DNA of 64,000 nt, taken from an uncultured Chloroflexia bacterium. Its GTDB lineage: Bacteria; Chloroflexota; Limnocylindria; QHBO01. Below, one piece after another: positions 59,426-64,000 of this stretch. The stretch covers positions 640,001-704,000 of the forward strand of contig CAWGTN010000002.1 in assembly GCA_963825525.1 (NCBI GenBank). Direction: 5' to 3'. The number at the start of each line of letters is the position of its first letter. The stretch's first letter is position 1. Position numbers and translations under genes: made by a program. The notes under the pieces were generated by a model that was given only the letters and a program-made list of their open reading frames with translations, made no database searches and was not told the DNA's origin.

Positions 59426-61173
59426 CGAAGCAGCTCGAGCAGATCGTCGGCGCCGAGCGTGGCCAGGACCTGATCGGATCGCAGCCAGGCGCGCCGAGCG
59501 AGTTCCACCGCGTACCTCTGCTGCCCGAGCTCCTCCGTGCGATGCGCGTCCGAGGCCACCGTGAGCATGGCCCCGGCCTTCCCCGCCGCACGTGCGAGCG
59601 AGTCATCGAGATCCAACCGTGGACTGCCATTGATTTCGAGGGCCGTGTGATGCCGAGCCGCGGCCTCGAACACGCGCGGCCAGTCGAGCGGCAGCGGGTC
59701 GCGACGATTGACGATCTGGCCCGACGGGTGGGCCAGGATGTCGACGTGAGGGTGCTCGATGGCCGCAAGCGCGCGGCGGGTGAGCTGCTCGCTCGTCTGA
59801 CTGCGGCCGGTGTGGATGCTCGCGATCACGACATCGAACCGCGCCAGCAGCTCGTCCGGGTAGTCCAGGGTGGCATCGGCGCGGATCTCGAGCTCCGTTC
59901 CGTGAAGGATCCGGAACGGGGTGAGCTCCGTGTTCAGTCGATCGATCTCAATGCCCTGCTCCGTGACCCGCTCGGGCGACAACCCACGGGCGATCCCGAG
60001 CGACGGTGAGTGGTCAGTCAGCACGATGTACTCCAGGCCGCGATCGCGAGCGGCCCGCGCCATCACCTCGATGGTGTCGACCCCATCGGTCCAGTTCGAA
60101 TGGGTGTGGGTGTCGCCCCGCACGTCGTCGAGCGTCACGAGGTCCGGCAGCGAGCCGGACCGGGCCGCCTCGACCTCGCCATCGCCCTCCCGCATCTCTG
60201 GCGGAATCCACGGCAGGTCGAGACGGCCGTAGGCCTCCTCCTCATCGGCCGCAAGCAGCAGCTCGCCGGTCTCGATGACCTTGAATCCCTTCTCGGACAG
60301 GGACCAGCCGCGATCCAGCGCCATGCCTCGCAGCGCGATGTTGTGGTCCTTGTTGCCCGTGAAATGCACCAGGTGGGTTCCCCACGCGGCGGGACGGCAG
60401 ATCATGAGGTCCACCTGCGGGCCGTCCCGCAGGACGATGCTCGACTTGTCGATGCCCGCACTGAGGACCTTCTCCACCTCCGCCATCCCGTCCAGGGCGG
60501 CGATCAGGCCAGCCGGATCGTCCGCCGCCGCCAGGAGGTCAAGGTCGCCGATGGTGGAGCGACGACGGCGCAGGGACCCTGCAGGCTCGATACGACGCAC
60601 GCCGCGCACCGTCCGAAGCCGATCGACGAGCCCGGAGACCAGGACATCGGCGTCGTGGATGAGGAGGCGACTCTCGCGACGCTCGATCCTGCCGATTGCC
60701 TCGAGCACGTTCTGCTCGGTCCGCTGCGAGAGCCCCTTCACGCCACGCAGGCGACCCTCCTCGGCCGCTGCGCGCAGTGCGTCAACCGAGTCGATCCCGA
60801 GCTCGCCATGGACCAGGCGGACGGTCTTGGGGCCGATGCCCGGAATGCGCAGCAGCCCCAGCACGCCGTCGGGGACCTGCGCCCGCAGCCGGTCGTGGTA
60901 CTCGAGCCTTCCCGTCTCGGCGAGCTCCGCCAGCTTGGCCGTCAATGCCGCACCGGCCCCGGGCAGCTTTGGGGGATCGCCGCGCCGATAGAGGGCTGCC
61001 ACGTCATCGGGATAGCGCTCGACGGCATCGGCGACGCGGCGGTAGGCGACGGCCTTGTACACCACCTCTCCGAGGATCTCGAGCATGTCGCCGATCTCGT
61101 TGAAGATCCGCGCCAGCTCGGCATTGCTGATCACCGTGTCGTCCGTTCGCGACACGCTGCGGGGTCGAGGCAT
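59422..61173 (-). CDS. polX: DNA polymerase X / PHP 3'-5' exonuclease
   Basis: AGSLRRR, GDLDLL, QVDL, HFTG, DTHTHS, TDHS, HP, SDAH. Confidence 0.95.
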   Translation of the reverse strand: MPRPRSVSRTDDTVISNAELARIFNEIGDMLEILGEVVYKAVAYRRVADAVERYPDDVAALYRRGDPPKLPGAGAALTAKLAELAETGRLEYHDRLRAQVPDGVLGLLRIPGIGPKTVRLVHGELGIDSVDALRAAAEEGRLRGVKGLSQRTEQNVLEAIGRIERRESRLLIHDADVLVSGLVDRLRTVRGVRRIEPAGSLRRRRSTIGDLDLLAAADDPAGLIAALDGMAEVEKVLSAGIDKSSIVLRDGPQVDLMICRPAAWGTHLVHFTGNKDHNIALRGMALDRGWSLSEKGFKVIETGELLLAADEEEAYGRLDLPWIPPEMREGDGEVEAARSGSLPDLVTLDDVRGDTHTHSNWTDGVDTIEVMARAARDRGLEYIVLTDHSPSLGIARGLSPERVTEQGIEIDRLNTELTPFRILHGTELEIRADATLDYPDELLARFDVVIASIHTGRSQTSEQLTRRALAAIEHPHVDILAHPSGQIVNRRDPLPLDWPRVFEAAARHHTALEINGSPRLDLDDSLARAAGKAGAMLTVASDAHRTEELGQQRYAVELARRAWLRSDQVLATLGADDLLELLR

Positions 61174-61244
61174 CGCGGGCAATTCTAGGGCCGGTTCGAC
61201 TCGCGGTCAGTTGGCTGCCGGCGGACGACCGCACGCTGGATAGA

Positions 61245-62279
61245 ATGGGCGGCCCAATCGCCACGATCGAGCGACCGATGAAGGCCATTCCCCGACTTCG
61301 ACGCCGCCAGCACCCCGGCCCGACGCTCGCCATCCCCGGCGAGGAGTCGCGCGGAGAGCCGCGCGTGGAGAGCGTCGAGACCCACGCGCTGCGGTGGCTC
61401 AACATCGACGAGCCACGCCTGGTCGATCGCGCCTACCTCAGCGACACCTTCGGGTTCCACGAGCTCGACCTCGAGGACGTGGCCAGCCACAACCAGCGCC
61501 CGAAGGTCGACGAGTACGACGAGTATCTCTTCCTCGTCATGCAGTTCCCCCGCTTCGACCGCGAGTCGGGCAGGCTCCACGCCGCCGAGCTGGATATCTT
61601 CCTCGGGCCTGACTACATCATCACGCTGCCGAACGAGGAGATCCTTCCCCTGCCCGCCCTGTTCGAGCGCGCCCAGATGCGCGAGGACGTGCGTGAGCAG
61701 CTGATGACGAAGGGATCCGGCTACCTGCTGTACCAGATCCTCGACCGCTGCGTGGATGCCAGCTTCCCGATCCTCGGGCAGCTCGGGAGACGGCTGCGGC
61801 GGCTCGAGGACGACATCTTCGAAGGGGGACGATCGTCGGAGATCGTCCGCGACATCAGCAACGCGAAACAGCAGATCATCAACTTCCGCGCGGTGATTCG
61901 GCCGCAGCGTGCTGTCTTCCGCTCGCTCGAGCGGGCGAAGCAGCGCTACCTGACCGACGACCTGGACATCTACTTCGATGACCTGACCGATGCCTCCGAA
62001 CGCATCTGGGACGTGCTCGAGAACTTCATGGAGATCGTCAACGGTCTCGAGAGCACGAATGAATCGGTCCTCTCGCATCGGCTCAACGACGTGCTGCGCA
62101 TCCTCACGGCCGTGACCGTGATCCTGCTGCCGCTCACCCTGCTGACCGGGTTCTTCGGGATGAACGTCGACTTCCCGGGGCAGGAGCACGGAGCACTCTA
62201 CTTCTGGGGCATCGTGGTCACGATGCTCGCGATCCTCATCGGCATGGTCGCCTTCTTTCGGCGGCGTGGCTGGCTGTGA
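61245..62279 (+). CDS. corA: CorA Mg2+/Co2+ transporter
   Basis: QRPKVDEY, FFGMN signature, two C-terminal TM; start may be 61278. Confidence 0.92.
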   Translation: MGGPIATIERPMKAIPRLRRRQHPGPTLAIPGEESRGEPRVESVETHALRWLNIDEPRLVDRAYLSDTFGFHELDLEDVASHNQRPKVDEYDEYLFLVMQFPRFDRESGRLHAAELDIFLGPDYIITLPNEEILPLPALFERAQMREDVREQLMTKGSGYLLYQILDRCVDASFPILGQLGRRLRRLEDDIFEGGRSSEIVRDISNAKQQIINFRAVIRPQRAVFRSLERAKQRYLTDDLDIYFDDLTDASERIWDVLENFMEIVNGLESTNESVLSHRLNDVLRILTAVTVILLPLTLLTGFFGMNVDFPGQEHGALYFWGIVVTMLAILIGMVAFFRRRGWL

Positions 62280-62286
62280 CCGCTCC

Positions 62287-63267
62287 TCAGGCGCCGATGG
62301 GGTGCCAGACGGTCTTGATCTCGACGTACTCGCCGATGAGATACGGCGACTGCGCCGTCGCCGACAGCCAGTCGTAGCGCTCCAGACCGGCGGTCGGTGG
62401 TCGGACGAAGCGCTTCACGTTCTCGACCGCCACCTCCTCGAGCACCGCCGCGTCCTCGGCTGACGCGCCGAACGCGTCAAGGGCGTTCACGTCCATGTGG
62501 CCGGCGAGGTGCCCGGAGAGCTCGCGTCGCAGCCCCGTGATCAGGTTGACGACGCCTCCGGGAACATCCGATGTGGCAAGCACCTCGGTCAGTGTGACAG
62601 CCGGCAGGGGCCGCGCCTCCGACGCGAGAACCACCGCCGCGTTGCCGCTGACGATGACCGGCGCCAGGCGGCTCACGAGGCCCAGAAGGCTCGACGTCTC
62701 GGGAGCAATCACACCGACCACGCCGGTCGGCTCGGGGATGCTGAAGTTGAAGTAGCTGCCGGCCACCGGGTTCACGGTGCCGATCGACTGCGCGTACTTG
62801 TCGGCCCATCCGGCGTACCAGACCCAGCGGTCGACGGCCGCATCGACGATCCGGGTGGCTCGCGCGCGGCCCACGCCCTCGGAGATCATCACCTCCGCGA
62901 TGAACTGGTCCCGTCGGCCCTCCATCAGCTCCGCGATTCGGTACAGGATCTGACTGCGGTTGAAGGCCGTCTTGGCGGCCCAACCCGGCTGGGCCTTGCG
63001 CGCCGCGCGGACCGCCTCGCGGACGTCCTTGCGGGTGCCGCGGCAGGCATTCGCCAGCAGCTCGCCCCTGGCACCGAAGATCTCGTAGGAACGGCCCGAT
63101 TCGGTCCGGGGAAACGCGCCGCCGATGTAGAGCTTGTACGTCTTGCGCACGCCGATGCGATCGCCGCGGGTCCCCGCGCCGTTGGTCGTCGCCAGCGGCT
63201 GCGCTGCACGCTGGTCGAGGACGGATGGGCGCTTCGCGCGCGAGGCGGTCTTCGTCCGGGGGCTCAT
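62287..63267 (-). CDS. Truncated aldehyde dehydrogenase-like subunit (NAD-binding part only)
   Basis: KTYKLYIGGAFPRTESGR, EPTGVVG, PGGVVNL, EIKTVWHP; no ELGG or catalytic Cys. Confidence 0.85.
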   Translation of the reverse strand: MSPRTKTASRAKRPSVLDQRAAQPLATTNGAGTRGDRIGVRKTYKLYIGGAFPRTESGRSYEIFGARGELLANACRGTRKDVREAVRAARKAQPGWAAKTAFNRSQILYRIAELMEGRRDQFIAEVMISEGVGRARATRIVDAAVDRWVWYAGWADKYAQSIGTVNPVAGSYFNFSIPEPTGVVGVIAPETSSLLGLVSRLAPVIVSGNAAVVLASEARPLPAVTLTEVLATSDVPGGVVNLITGLRRELSGHLAGHMDVNALDAFGASAEDAAVLEEVAVENVKRFVRPPTAGLERYDWLSATAQSPYLIGEYVEIKTVWHPIGA

Positions 63268-64000
63268 CGGCCGTTCGACCCGTTGCCCGACAGATCCAGG
63301 TACGCCCCGAGTCCGTGGATGCCGCCCTCGCGCCCGTAGCCGGACTCCTTGTAGCCGCCGAACGGGCTCGTCGGATCGAAGCGATTGAACGTGTTCGCCC
63401 ACACCACGCCGGCGCGCATGGCGTTGATCATCTTGAAGATGCGGCTCCCCTTTTCGGTCCACACCCCTGCCGACAGGCCGTACGGCGTGTTGTTCGCCTT
63501 CTCGATCGCCTCGTCCGGGGTTCGGAACGTCAGCACGGACAGCACCGGGCCGAAGATCTCCTCCTGCGCGATGCGATGGCTCTGGCTCACCCCGGTGAAC
63601 AGCGTGGGCCGGAAGAAGAACCCGCGCGTGGGAAGCTCGCAGTCGGGCTGGAAGATCTCGGCCCCCTCGGCGATGCCCGATTCGACGAGCTCCTGGACCT
63701 TGGCCAGCTGGCCGGCGGAGTTGATGGCGCCGACGTCGGTGTTCTTGTCGAGTGGGTCGCCGACTCGGAGCGTGCCCAGCCGCGCCTTGAGCTTGTCGAT
63801 GAGCTGGTCATACACGCTCTCCTGGACGAAGAGCCGCGAACCGGCACAGCACACCTCGCCCTGGTTGAAGTAGATGCCGTTGATGATGCCCTCGATCGCC
63901 TGGTCCAGCGGTGCGTCGTCGAACACGATGTTGGCTGCCTTGCCGCCCAGCTCGAGGGTCACCTTCTTCCCTGATCCGGCCAGCCTGCGGGCAATCATCT
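63264..64000 (-). CDS. Aldehyde dehydrogenase, 5' partial
   Basis: LELGGK, NQGEVCCAGSR, EEIFGPV, PFGGYKESG. Confidence 0.95.
   Translation of the reverse strand, partial: MIARRLAGSGKKVTLELGGKAANIVFDDAPLDQAIEGIINGIYFNQGEVCCAGSRLFVQESVYDQLIDKLKARLGTLRVGDPLDKNTDVGAINSAGQLAKVQELVESGIAEGAEIFQPDCELPTRGFFFRPTLFTGVSQSHRIAQEEIFGPVLSVLTFRTPDEAIEKANNTPYGLSAGVWTEKGSRIFKMINAMRAGVVWANTFNRFDPTSPFGGYKESGYGREGGIHGLGAYLDLSGNGSNGR

Overview
High-GC (about 70% by eye), gene-dense bacterial chromosome segment with about 63 CDS and one tRNA-His. The gene content (monoderm-type lipoproteins, PASTA kinase, PolX-PHP, DNA-methylase-like/TPR pair) suggests Chloroflexota or another high-GC monoderm; this is inference only. 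Contents: gdh with a divergent two-component system, a sugar ABC/GH38 mannosidase cluster, ABC exporters, NUDIX, type IB topoisomerase, pncB, glgC, PBP1A, pepA, a Ser/Thr kinase, a nucleoside uptake/salvage cluster, Mrp, PIG-L deacetylases, ccsB, csoR, a PolX/TPR-HIRAN-like/pseudo-methylase-nuclease block, corA and an ALDH pair. I found no transposase, integrase, prophage or CRISPR. The most notable signals are: (1) sigma54-type -24/-12 boxes before three unlinked stress-type genes (topIB, csbD, glsB/yeaQ); (2) a promoter-driven candidate sRNA with a six-C loop at about 54.9 kb; (3) a degenerate methylase-nuclease coupled to a TPR-HIRAN-like protein next to PolX; (4) a tandem palindromic element at 19.4-19.6 kb; (5) shared leader and trailer motifs around two unrelated ABC binding-protein genes; (6) several pseudo-enzymes. 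Frameshifts at 17.5-21 kb and 28.4-28.9 kb are probably sequencing errors.
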